A stretch of 64,000 nt of DNA from Promethearchaeota archaeon (lineage in GTDB: Archaea; Asgardarchaeota; Lokiarchaeia; Sigyniarchaeales; SOKP01), in assembly GCA_008080735.1 (NCBI GenBank), contig SHMW01000014.1:1-64000 (forward strand), given 5' to 3'. The notes below the pieces were generated by a model. It did no database searches and was not told where the DNA came from. It was given only the letters and a program-made list of their open reading frames with translations. The translations under genes were made by a program, and so were the position numbers. Below are positions 20,003 through 29,303 of this stretch, one piece after another. Numbering within the stretch: the first letter of the stretch is position 1; each line of letters begins with the position of its first letter.

Positions 20003-20782
20003 ATGACATTAGAAAAATCTCGAGGTAGTCAGATAAGTTTAGATGAAATTTTAGAGATTCTTGGAAATCCTACGAGAAGAGTTATTTTGTCTAAATTAGC
20101 TAAAGTACCGCACTCTACATCAGAATTACACAAAGCCTTAGGGATAAGTCGCCAAGCTGTACATAGCCAGTTAAAAATCTTAGAGCAATATAACATAATA
20201 GAGAATTTGGATCCAGACACGCGTGGAAGTAAATATAAAATCAAAAGTAATTTGTTTGTCACAATTGATATTTCTCCTGATTATTATAGTATTAAATATA
20301 ATATGACGGAAATCGGAGAAGATTCTGAATCTATTCTCCTAAAAGATACCAAAGATTCTAATGTGTATGAAACGATTAAAGAATCAAGCCAAAAAATAAA
20401 ATTCTTAGGAGAAAAAATAAGAAATATAGAGGAGGAACTCCTTGAGATTGAAAAGGAGAGAAGGGAACTTCTACAAAAGAAGGAATGTTTTATTATTGAA
20501 TTAAAGGACTTAATGGAAAAGAAATATAGAGACAAATTAAGAAAAGAAAAAGCTCTACATGATAATCTGGAGATGGAAATTTTTTATACATTATTTTTTA
20601 ACACGGGAAAATTTCACAGAAAAATAAATATTGACAAACTATTGGATGAGTTATTTTTTACTGATCTTGATAGCATATCTCGCGAAAGCAATAGAGGTCA
20701 CATTGAACTTTTACTAAAAGATCTTGCGAAAACTATGGATATTTTCCGAAAAATCGAAGATGAATGGTTCCTTGATATCTAA
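20003..20782 (+). CDS. ArsR-type HTH heat-shock regulator (Phr/HSR1-like) with coiled coil
   Basis: LEILGNPTRRVIL..L...P....EL...LGISRQAV...L.ILE; context with hsp20/cdc48. Confidence 0.82.
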   Translation: MTLEKSRGSQISLDEILEILGNPTRRVILSKLAKVPHSTSELHKALGISRQAVHSQLKILEQYNIIENLDPDTRGSKYKIKSNLFVTIDISPDYYSIKYNMTEIGEDSESILLKDTKDSNVYETIKESSQKIKFLGEKIRNIEEELLEIEKERRELLQKKECFIIELKDLMEKKYRDKLRKEKALHDNLEMEIFYTLFFNTGKFHRKINIDKLLDELFFTDLDSISRESNRGHIELLLKDLAKTMDIFRKIEDEWFLDI

Positions 20783-20896
20783 TCTAATAAAAGGTTTTAT
20801 TTGAAAATTATCACTTCAAAGGTTCTAAAGGTTTTTAGTTTTTGTTTTGTTTTGTTTTTAATTATTATTAAATAATATTCCAATTTAGGTGAAGAA

Positions 20897-21397
20897 ATGA
20901 ATTTAGGAGACTTAAAAAAGGAATTACCGGATATTTTTGAGAAAGTGAAAAAAGATGTGAAGAAAATCTTTGGACGCCAAAGAGCAGGTTTAAGTCTCGG
21001 ACTTGCCGATTTAGGGATGTTTAGAGGGGGATTCATTGGTGGGATGCATTTCTATCCCGGTACGTCCATCGTGATGAATACAACGCCATTAAAACTGATC
21101 TTAGAACAACAAACCACTGATATCGTTTGGGCGTATACCTATCATATTCTCTTACATGAATACATTCATTCATTAGGAATTATTGATGAAAAAATGTGTC
21201 GAGCGGCTACACTTAAGGTAAGTGAACAAATTTTTGAGAATGACGAGCATCCTGCTCTAATTTTCGCTAAAAATGGAATAGGCGCATATTTTCCAGATTT
21301 GAATGTTGTTTACGTGCCTCCCCAGAGAAAACCCGATGGGATCTCCATAGAATATGTGAAAGGATTTGATAAAAATAGTTATTCCTATTATTCCTAA
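20897..21397 (+). CDS. Small zincin-like metalloprotein (HEXXH)
   Basis: ILLHEYIHSLG..DE; SD GGTGA; C-terminus SYYS. Confidence 0.75.
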   Translation: MNLGDLKKELPDIFEKVKKDVKKIFGRQRAGLSLGLADLGMFRGGFIGGMHFYPGTSIVMNTTPLKLILEQQTTDIVWAYTYHILLHEYIHSLGIIDEKMCRAATLKVSEQIFENDEHPALIFAKNGIGAYFPDLNVVYVPPQRKPDGISIEYVKGFDKNSYSYYS

Positions 21398-21430
21398 TGA
21401 AATAGGATTAAATCGGAAGTGTCTATTTGA

Positions 21431-22933
21431 TTAAATTTTCACTACTATTCCTTTTTTTTCTAATGAGAATAATAATTTTGATTTAGTTCTTATTTTATTA
21501 AAACTAATATCAATTTCTTTCAGACTTTTAAGGTTTTTAATTGACTTAGAAATGGTCTTGATCTTATTTCCAGATAAATTAATGGTTTCTATTGAGCTTA
21601 TGTCAAATATTTCTCTGGGAATGATTTCTAAATTATTCCAACTGATATCTAAATGTTTTAAAAATCTTAGCTGAGAAAAACTGTCGGGAAGATCTTGCAA
21701 TTGATTATTATGGATGGATAAATCTCTTACTTGAGTTAATTCTCCAATCGAATTAGGTAAGGTTTTAATATTGTTATCATATAACTCAATCTGTTTCAAA
21801 CTTTCCAGCTCGTTAAGCAAATGAAGAGTATCTACATCCACTTTATTTCCTCCTAATCCTAACCTTTCAAGCGATTTCATTTTCAATAAATTCTGTTCAA
21901 TAGAGTTAATTGCATTCAATCCGATTTCCAAATAACTTAATCTATTCAACCCAGCTAATTCATTTGGTATCTCATCAAAATTATTACCGTACAGTTTTAA
22001 ATTTTCTAAATTTTTTAGATTTTTAAAACTCATAGGAAGAGAGATTAGCTTATTATGACTTAAGTCTAAGGATCTAAGGGTTCTTAAATCTCCGAAGGAG
22101 TCTGGCAGAGAAGTTAGACTATTATGTCTTAAATTAAGGTGCTGCAAGGATTCCATTTGGGAGAATGAATCTGGAATAATTTGTATTTGATTGTTGCTCA
22201 AATCCATCTGCTCAAGAGATACAAGATTCGCTATATTAGTCGGGATTTTCCTTACTTTGTTCACCTTTAAATCGAGCTTTTGTAATTTACTTAAAAAGCC
22301 TATATAGTGGGGTATTTTCGTAATAGTATTCCAATTAAAAATATTATGTCCGATACAAGAGAAATCCAAGTCTCTGATGTGGCCGTTTTTAATTTTATAG
22401 CGGAGTCGGTCAAATTTGTCCACAAGAAATTTGATGATATAATAATTTATTAACATTAATGCTAATTCTTGATTAGAATAATTTACTAGTTTGTTCTCTT
22501 CGATTAATGAAGTGATGTCTTTTTGAAACTTAATCATTTTTACATTAATCAGTTCATTTATTAGATATTCTCTTACTATATGATTATCTATTTTTCCCAA
22601 AATCTTAATGATTGTTAAAATGCATTCCATCGAAGATTCATGCTTGTATGCCCAACACATCGGCTCAAATGCTTTTCCTAAATAATATTTACCTATTGTT
22701 TTTATCGCTAAAGCCCGGATTATCTCATTGGAATCGGAAATCATCAGATTTTCAAAAAAATCAAATAAAAAATTCCCCGCAATCCCAATAGATTCTAAAA
22801 AATAGACACTATCAATTCTTCTTTCAATATCTGAAGAGTTTTGAATAATGCTGATCAATCGAAGTACTGCAGAATACTTGTCTAATCTTTTTTCTTCATA
22901 ATGCTGCCAGATTATATTGGGATCCAATACCAT
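21431..22933 (-). CDS. HEAT-like + leucine-rich repeat protein
   Basis: More than ten LxxLxLxxNxL/I repeats of about 23 aa; N-terminal helical ISDSNEIIRALA segment. Confidence 0.9.
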   Translation of the reverse strand: MVLDPNIIWQHYEEKRLDKYSAVLRLISIIQNSSDIERRIDSVYFLESIGIAGNFLFDFFENLMISDSNEIIRALAIKTIGKYYLGKAFEPMCWAYKHESSMECILTIIKILGKIDNHIVREYLINELINVKMIKFQKDITSLIEENKLVNYSNQELALMLINYYIIKFLVDKFDRLRYKIKNGHIRDLDFSCIGHNIFNWNTITKIPHYIGFLSKLQKLDLKVNKVRKIPTNIANLVSLEQMDLSNNQIQIIPDSFSQMESLQHLNLRHNSLTSLPDSFGDLRTLRSLDLSHNKLISLPMSFKNLKNLENLKLYGNNFDEIPNELAGLNRLSYLEIGLNAINSIEQNLLKMKSLERLGLGGNKVDVDTLHLLNELESLKQIELYDNNIKTLPNSIGELTQVRDLSIHNNQLQDLPDSFSQLRFLKHLDISWNNLEIIPREIFDISSIETINLSGNKIKTISKSIKNLKSLKEIDISFNKIRTKSKLLFSLEKKGIVVKI

Positions 22934-22981
22934 TTTTCAAAAAACATATATTTCTAGAATTTAAATTTTTATTGTTTAGAT

Positions 22982-24058
22982 TTAATCAGATAGATTTGCC
23001 AATCTCATAATCTCTCCGGCAATCTCCCTATACTTATGTTCCTCAATAAAATGTCCAATATTTTTAAAATATTGCACATTTCCCTTCAATTGAGGAATAT
23101 TTTCAGTCCATTGACTGATAACTCCCGTCTTTCCTAAGGGATCCCATCCACCAATTATCGCGCTCACTCCAATATTATGTCCATCTGGCCCCCAAGAAGA
23201 ACGAATTTTATCTTGGATCATTTTATAAAATGGTTCTGTGTCTCTTTTTCCTAATTTAGGATCTTTATAGAGATTTCCATACCCCCACATCTTTGTCTGC
23301 ATTACCAATCGTTTTGAGCTCCTTACATTCATCTTAGAATAGAATTGTTCTTTGAACACTCTCTGGGCAATTGTATGGGTTTTTTGATATAACTCCAATT
23401 CCATTAATGCGATATTTTTAACCATATTGGTTAAAAGCGGCAATGGTTTATTTGGATTTGTAAAGATAGCATAAGCCGCAAAATCCCCCCAAAACTTATC
23501 CGGAATGATGTATGGTGTATAACACCAACCCAACCACGAAATTGGATAATTCTGAAAAGTCAGTCCTGTTTTTGGGATTGGAAAGACCGTAGTATTAAGC
23601 AAAATTAAGTTGGAAACTCTTTCTGGTTCCCTTAAAAACGTACCAATTCCAATTGGACCACCCCAATCGTGGACAATTAGAGTTACCTTTTGAAGATTAA
23701 GGTGCTTGATGAGTTGAAATAAGTTTTCCGCGTGATCCATGCACACCATCTCATATGAGGCTTGGTCAGACAGCCCAAATCCAATATGATCCATTGAAAT
23801 TATCTGACATGCTTTTTTAGTATTATTTATTATATTTTTAATAATATTTCGATAGGTATAGGAACATTCAGGATTTCCGTGCACGAAAACAATACATTCG
23901 TCTGGATTGCTCCCTAAAATATGTGATTTACGATAAAACATCTTCTTTCCTTTATCAAGGCCTTTTTTAAGGGTAAACCAAAAATAATCGCCTTCTGGAC
24001 AATAATCATCTGGAATATGTTGAATCGGACTATTGCTTTTTATGTCTTGGATTTTCAT
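22982..24058 (-). CDS. Alpha/beta hydrolase, haloalkane dehalogenase/OleB-like
   Basis: HGNP, DHIGFGLSD, nucleophile VHDWGG, GHFIEE. Confidence 0.88.
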   Translation of the reverse strand: MKIQDIKSNSPIQHIPDDYCPEGDYFWFTLKKGLDKGKKMFYRKSHILGSNPDECIVFVHGNPECSYTYRNIIKNIINNTKKACQIISMDHIGFGLSDQASYEMVCMDHAENLFQLIKHLNLQKVTLIVHDWGGPIGIGTFLREPERVSNLILLNTTVFPIPKTGLTFQNYPISWLGWCYTPYIIPDKFWGDFAAYAIFTNPNKPLPLLTNMVKNIALMELELYQKTHTIAQRVFKEQFYSKMNVRSSKRLVMQTKMWGYGNLYKDPKLGKRDTEPFYKMIQDKIRSSWGPDGHNIGVSAIIGGWDPLGKTGVISQWTENIPQLKGNVQYFKNIGHFIEEHKYREIAGEIMRLANLSD

Positions 24059-24106
24059 ACTTAGAAATATTAAAAAGGATTAATTAATAGAGTGGATACT
24101 AGGATA

Positions 24107-25954
24107 TTAAAATGCTATAAAATTCCTCCTTTTCACACTTTCGATGAGATAGTTATCTATGTCAGAATCGCTCGTTTTTCTCTTTATCCCTTTAAGTAAT
24201 TTGCAGTAATTACCCAATAAACGGAATTTAAAATTATTCCAACTCATTGAGAGTTTCGTCTTTACTGGAGTATGACCAGGAAATTCAGTTTTATAGGGAA
24301 CAGCGCCATCTTGTAATTTTCCGTTTTTCTCATATTTATATCGCTTAAACGGTTCTTCTTTTGGATGTCTGTTGAATGGATCAATGTCATTTTTAATTTT
24401 AAACTTCTTCGCTAATTTGTCAACCACCTTTCCTAAAAATTCCATGACAGCGGTCGGCTCTCCAATAAAATTTCTATATTTCTCGTCTATTTTTCTTACT
24501 CTTCGTCTCACGACTCCGTTTGGAGCAAATCTATCCATTGCAGGAATTAAATTCCATAATACTGCCGCTTGTCGTTTGAAAAATTTCGACTTATGTTCTT
24601 GCATTATTGGATTATCGGAATTTAAACAATATTCATATCCATTTAAACTAACATCAAGTTTTCTAAGTACAGATGGACCCCATGTTTTATATAATAGATC
24701 ATAACCATATTCTGTTAGATTTAAAGTCTCATGGGTTTCTAATGAGATATTTTCTTGAGAACCACTCCAAAAATGGACATCTTCCCACGGGACGTTCTTC
24801 ACTCTACCATCTTCTTTCAATTTATCATAAAGAACAGTCCCCGGAAATGGGCTTAATCGAGTTATCTGCTGAAAAGTCGGATAACATGCCACAAAGTAGT
24901 TCAAATCCTCATACATATTTGAATGATCGTGCCAATCCCAACCACAGATCCAAGCACCAAGAGTTCTAATGCCCATTGAATGCAATTTGTGGAATAATTC
25001 ACGAGCGTCAATTTCAGCTCTTTTATCATATCCATGCTCTCCCGCAAACTTGGATTCAACTCCGATAAAAATGGCACCAATCCCTATCTCCGCCACCGCA
25101 TCCCAACCATATTTATCGGCAAATTTCCAGATATTATCAACTGAGCCAAAGGCTAACCAATCCATTGATTCTACGACTTCTGGATTTTTCCCCCAATAAT
25201 CGCGTGTTTTAATTAAATATTCGGGATGTCTGAAATGATCCTCCTCAATAGTAAATATCTGCCGAACATTAGGAAAATGCTTATGATATAATTCAATATG
25301 CTTCACAAATTCTTCAGGAGACAGCAATTGAAGCCGCTTAAACCCAAACATCTCTGTAGATGAACAAAAATCGCATCCTCCGGGGCATCCTAATCCTGAT
25401 ACTAAAAAGCCTACATTACCAATCGGATATTTATCAATAAACCACGGAACCCCGCCGCATTTAGGCATCAATTTCTGGTCGATTGGTCGTCCTGTTTCTT
25501 CTCCGAGAAATTCCCTCAAAAATCGGACACCCTCACCTTTAACTACATGATCGACATATTCTTTCTGAGTTTGTTCATCATATTTTCCTTTAAACGCTTG
25601 AGCTCCGTAAGATCCTAACAAAATTGTCGTTTCCGGGGAATTTTCTCGAATATATTTACACATTTTCATTACCATCTTAAGATGGACGGGAAACGCACTA
25701 ATACCTATGGTTGCGTAGTGTTTATTTACTTCTCTCGTAAAATCTTTCCATCGAGGGTATTCCAAGAGAGTAGCAGGAATATCAATATTTTGAGCAAGGA
25801 TATGGTTGGCATAACAATGGGTGTGAGAGATTAATGTAAAAATCTCATCTCCCTTTGTAAATCTCTGACCCGTAGCATCCGTCAATGAATCATTTGCAGG
25901 AAGAGTTGGGTAAGGATAAGCGGGAGTTGTTAATAGGATTCGATCTTCAATCAT
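24107..25954 (-). CDS. B12-binding radical SAM protein
   Basis: CPGGCDFC (Cx3Cx2C); cobalamin-binding-like IGISA...ILLGSYGA; IGVES; SPFPGT.LY. Confidence 0.85.
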   Translation of the reverse strand: MIEDRILLTTPAYPYPTLPANDSLTDATGQRFTKGDEIFTLISHTHCYANHILAQNIDIPATLLEYPRWKDFTREVNKHYATIGISAFPVHLKMVMKMCKYIRENSPETTILLGSYGAQAFKGKYDEQTQKEYVDHVVKGEGVRFLREFLGEETGRPIDQKLMPKCGGVPWFIDKYPIGNVGFLVSGLGCPGGCDFCSSTEMFGFKRLQLLSPEEFVKHIELYHKHFPNVRQIFTIEEDHFRHPEYLIKTRDYWGKNPEVVESMDWLAFGSVDNIWKFADKYGWDAVAEIGIGAIFIGVESKFAGEHGYDKRAEIDARELFHKLHSMGIRTLGAWICGWDWHDHSNMYEDLNYFVACYPTFQQITRLSPFPGTVLYDKLKEDGRVKNVPWEDVHFWSGSQENISLETHETLNLTEYGYDLLYKTWGPSVLRKLDVSLNGYEYCLNSDNPIMQEHKSKFFKRQAAVLWNLIPAMDRFAPNGVVRRRVRKIDEKYRNFIGEPTAVMEFLGKVVDKLAKKFKIKNDIDPFNRHPKEEPFKRYKYEKNGKLQDGAVPYKTEFPGHTPVKTKLSMSWNNFKFRLLGNYCKLLKGIKRKTSDSDIDNYLIESVKRRNFIAF

Positions 25955-26073
25955 ATTATCACTTTTTTTATTATTCAATACAAGAAATGAGTATTATTGA
26001 TCATCAAATCTCGCATCATTGTTGTAATTTATAAATTTATTACATAATTATATCGAAGAGTTACTATTTAAGT

Positions 26074-26098
26074 ATTGTGCACATATAACCAACACAAT
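26074..26098. promoter_or_regulatory. Candidate operator between the radical SAM operon and the HTH-V4R regulator
   Basis: Inverted repeat ATTGTG-N13-CACAAT containing the palindrome TGTGCACA. Confidence 0.4.
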
Positions 26099-26162
26099 TA
26101 AACATATCTTTTTTAATTCAGATGAGCTATTATATAACATAATTGGAACTTCTCAAACTATT

Positions 26163-26858
26163 TTGGTTCTCGATGAGATGAAAAATCAACAAGAAGAGAA
26201 TAAGAGAAAAATTTTGGAAACATTGGAGGATTATCCGTTTGGATTAACAATCAAAGAACTCTCGGAAAAAACTAGATTTCACAGAAACACGATTTCGAAG
26301 TATATGAGTATTTGTGAAGCTGAAGATCTAGTGGATAAAAAAGAAATTGCCGCCGCGAGTGTATATTTTACAAAAAAGCGAAAATATCTTAGAAAAGAGC
26401 TAGTAGTTTCCTTTATTAAGGCACTTCTTTTTGGATTGAAACAAAAAAAGCCAAATCAAGAAGAAAAATATAAGGAGATTGGTCATATAATCAGTAAAGA
26501 ATTCCAATTTCCCATAGGAAACACCCATGCTGAAGTATTTAAGAAAGCAAAAAAAAGTAAGGATATTATTCCAAAACTTAAATTATTCCAGCATTTTTAT
26601 AATTCCTTTGATTTTTTTCAAGACACCTTAGAAATAACCATTGTTGAGTTAAATAATCATAAAATTACCTTCAGGTTAGAAAATTCTGAATTTTTAGAAC
26701 CATCGGAAAAATATCTCTATTTTTTCTATATAGCATGTGGGATTACTGAAGGAATTTATTTACAAAATTTAAATATGAAAGTCGAATGTTCTATTCAACA
26801 TATTTCTAATTCAGATGAAAGTATTAGATATATAGACGTTCGTATAGAAGCGAAATAG
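26163..26858 (+). CDS. Winged-HTH transcriptional regulator with V4R/HNOX-like ligand domain
   Basis: GLTIKELSEKT.FHRNTISKY; C-terminal ACGITEG...VEC. Confidence 0.75.
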   Translation: MVLDEMKNQQEENKRKILETLEDYPFGLTIKELSEKTRFHRNTISKYMSICEAEDLVDKKEIAAASVYFTKKRKYLRKELVVSFIKALLFGLKQKKPNQEEKYKEIGHIISKEFQFPIGNTHAEVFKKAKKSKDIIPKLKLFQHFYNSFDFFQDTLEITIVELNNHKITFRLENSEFLEPSEKYLYFFYIACGITEGIYLQNLNMKVECSIQHISNSDESIRYIDVRIEAK

Positions 26859-26867
26859 AACTTAGGA

Positions 26868-27246
26868 TTAGTGGATAAAGAATGAATGTTTTTCCTTGAA
26901 AAATTTTTCCACCAATAATTCTGCGTCCTTGAATACGCTAATATTCGCCCCTAAATCGATAATATGTTTTCTAAACTGATCCTCGAATTTTTTTGAGAAG
27001 GCATCTAATTTTTTCAATAGCACGGGTAAATCCATAGAGGATATTAAGGATACCACATGATTTTTTCCATTACTAAAATACAGATATTTCCCCTCTTTAG
27101 CAATTTTCCGTAATTGTTTTTTGCTCTTATTTAATACATTTTGAAATATACTGTGTATATGATGCTTTTTAATGCGCTCAATTTTGTGTTTAAATTTTTT
27201 TGCATAATCTTTAGGCGCTGAGGCGTTTATATTCCGTTTGGCTAAT
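26868..27246 (-). pseudogene. Remnant of a longin-like domain gene
   Basis: Frame stays open upstream of track ORF 27056 (LRKIAKEGKYLYFSNGKNHVVSLIS...FSKKFEDQF...GANISVFKDAELLVEKFF) but has no proper start. Confidence 0.5.
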
Positions 27247-27433
27247 CAATCCTTTGATTGCAGAAATGGACTGGTTTTTTCGTGCTATCATTTGCTATTA
27301 ACTGAGATTTTCAGCTAAATTAAGTATAAATTATAAAAGTGAGTTTAAATAGATTTCTAAAAATAGTAAGCCTTATTTAATTCAAGGGAATATGTAGTAA
27401 TAATCTAAATTACATTTTTAGGAGCAATAGTTT

Positions 27434-27943
27434 ATGCTTATAGATAACCTCAATAAAGAAGAACTCAAGAATCTCTTGGTGAAAAATTGGATGAGTCATG
27501 ATGGTGCGTGGTTTTTAAATACTTTTATGCGAGTGGGCATAAAAGAAGCTAACAAAATTAATAAAGGAGCCATAAGGACGTTAGCCTCATTGGAAATTGC
27601 CAGAATAAAAAGATTGTCCGAATTCAGTGATAAGCAAATTTCTAATTACCAAGAATTAAAAGAATTCATGAAGACCACGTACAGCGTCCTGAAAGGGGAT
27701 TTTATGGACTTTACCATCTCTTTCCCGGGTGAAAATCGGTTTCATTGGGAAATGCGCAAATGTTTCGCATTCGAAGGAATGAAACGGCTTGGAATTGAAA
27801 ATAAATATGAATGTGGAGTGATTTACCGAGTAAGCTGTTGGTTAAAAGAACTGGGAATTAAACATAAAATTGTTCCAAAGTTTAAACACTGCCTTTTAAA
27901 TTCCCAGAACCAGTGTAGTGGGGATATAATTATAGAATTTTAA
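27434..27943 (+). CDS. DUF6125-like protein (V4R/ATC-hydrolase-like fold)
   Basis: KNWMSHDGAWF; KCFAF.GMKRLG...YECG; C-x7-C. Confidence 0.7.
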   Translation: MLIDNLNKEELKNLLVKNWMSHDGAWFLNTFMRVGIKEANKINKGAIRTLASLEIARIKRLSEFSDKQISNYQELKEFMKTTYSVLKGDFMDFTISFPGENRFHWEMRKCFAFEGMKRLGIENKYECGVIYRVSCWLKELGIKHKIVPKFKHCLLNSQNQCSGDIIIEF

Positions 27944-28136
27944 AGTGTTAACTCATTTTATTATGATTTTCCTCTACTCGTTTTTTAATAGGATGCAATA
28001 TCAGTTTCTTTTATCTCGATGAATTCTGGGTTTAATAATTTTAGATAAGAAAAAGGCTTTTTCAAGCTAATTTATTCAATCGTTAAAAATAAGTAAAAGT
28101 ATATCATTAACTACTTAGCATTAAAAATTATTCGAA

Positions 28137-29225
28137 GTGATTAAGATCAGTCAAGCTACTTCTGATAAAGAATCTCCAGAAGAGGAAGAGGAGATTAAAA
28201 AACAACTTGGGATGGAACCCAACAAGCTTATTTTATCATGGAAATATAAAGATGTCGATAAAAAATTAACATATGACATAGAAAAATGCATTGGATGCAG
28301 TTTATGCAAGGAAGTGTGTCCCGTTGATGCGATTGAACTCGGGCCAGTTCCCGAAATCGCTCAAGGGCTTTTAGATGAGTCTAATCCAAAAATTATGATT
28401 GACCACGAGAAATGCTGTTATTGCATGCTTTGTGCGATCGTATGCCCAAACGATGCGTTCCACGAGCATTTCCAACCAGAAGGTAGGATCGACATGAATC
28501 AGTTCCCGCGTCTCGGGAAATTCTATAAAATCGATGAAGATAAATGTATTGAAGACGAGTCCAATGAAATATGTCAACTCTGTATCAATTCGCGTGAGAG
28601 AAATAATGTTAAGGCGTATCACAAGATTCAGCAAGAATGCCCCACCCAATGTTTTCAAATAGAATCCCCCATTTCCGGAGAAGTTGTCCTAAAGGAGCAT
28701 ATGCTATATAAATGCGACCCTTCCGGATGTAAAGCTTGTGTAAATATTTGCCCCGTAGAATCGTTCTTTATCCCTCAAAGTGCGGAGGATGTGAAAAAAT
28801 ATGGAAAAATTGCGTGCAACGAGGATGAATGTTTTTATTGTGGTGCCTGTGTAAATTCCTGTCCCGATGATTTAATTATTGTTGACCGCAAGAGCGTCGA
28901 AATTTTAGATCCAAAAACACCGGGTAATTATCCCTGGGTTGAAGCATGGATTAAACATATAAAAGAGATAATCAGAGAGCGGATTACGAAAGGAAAACCT
29001 CCAATTCACATTCCCTTAATAGAGGAAAAGATCGAAAAAGAAGCAAAAAAAGTCGAAGAAACGATTCCGCAAATCTCAGAAGAAGAAAAACAACAACTCA
29101 GAGAAATTAATGACAAAATACAAGAGCTCTTAAAAAATAAAAAGGTACGATATTGGATTAAAGACGGAAAAGCTGACAAAGTTGCCGCCGAATTAGATAA
29201 GCTTCTTAATAAAATGACTACCTAA
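28137..29225 (+). CDS. fwdF: Polyferredoxin, FwdF-like (true start may be ATC 28146)
   Basis: Several CxxCxxCxxxCP motifs; CPVDAIELGPVPEIAQG segment typical of FwdF. Confidence 0.75.
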   Translation: MIKISQATSDKESPEEEEEIKKQLGMEPNKLILSWKYKDVDKKLTYDIEKCIGCSLCKEVCPVDAIELGPVPEIAQGLLDESNPKIMIDHEKCCYCMLCAIVCPNDAFHEHFQPEGRIDMNQFPRLGKFYKIDEDKCIEDESNEICQLCINSRERNNVKAYHKIQQECPTQCFQIESPISGEVVLKEHMLYKCDPSGCKACVNICPVESFFIPQSAEDVKKYGKIACNEDECFYCGACVNSCPDDLIIVDRKSVEILDPKTPGNYPWVEAWIKHIKEIIRERITKGKPPIHIPLIEEKIEKEAKKVEETIPQISEEEKQQLREINDKIQELLKNKKVRYWIKDGKADKVAAELDKLLNKMTT

Positions 29226-29303
29226 ATAATATCAGTTCAATTTTTTAACAAATAATCGTTTTCATAAGATTTAAAACAAAAAAATAAAAAAATACCTATA
29301 AAA

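Noticed and set aside
20831-20859. (GTTTT)n tract; also the (AAAAAC)n tract at 56586 as possible array or contingency locus
   Set aside because: Short low-complexity, terminator-like sequence with no spacers. No CRISPR-like repeats were seen anywhere in the window.
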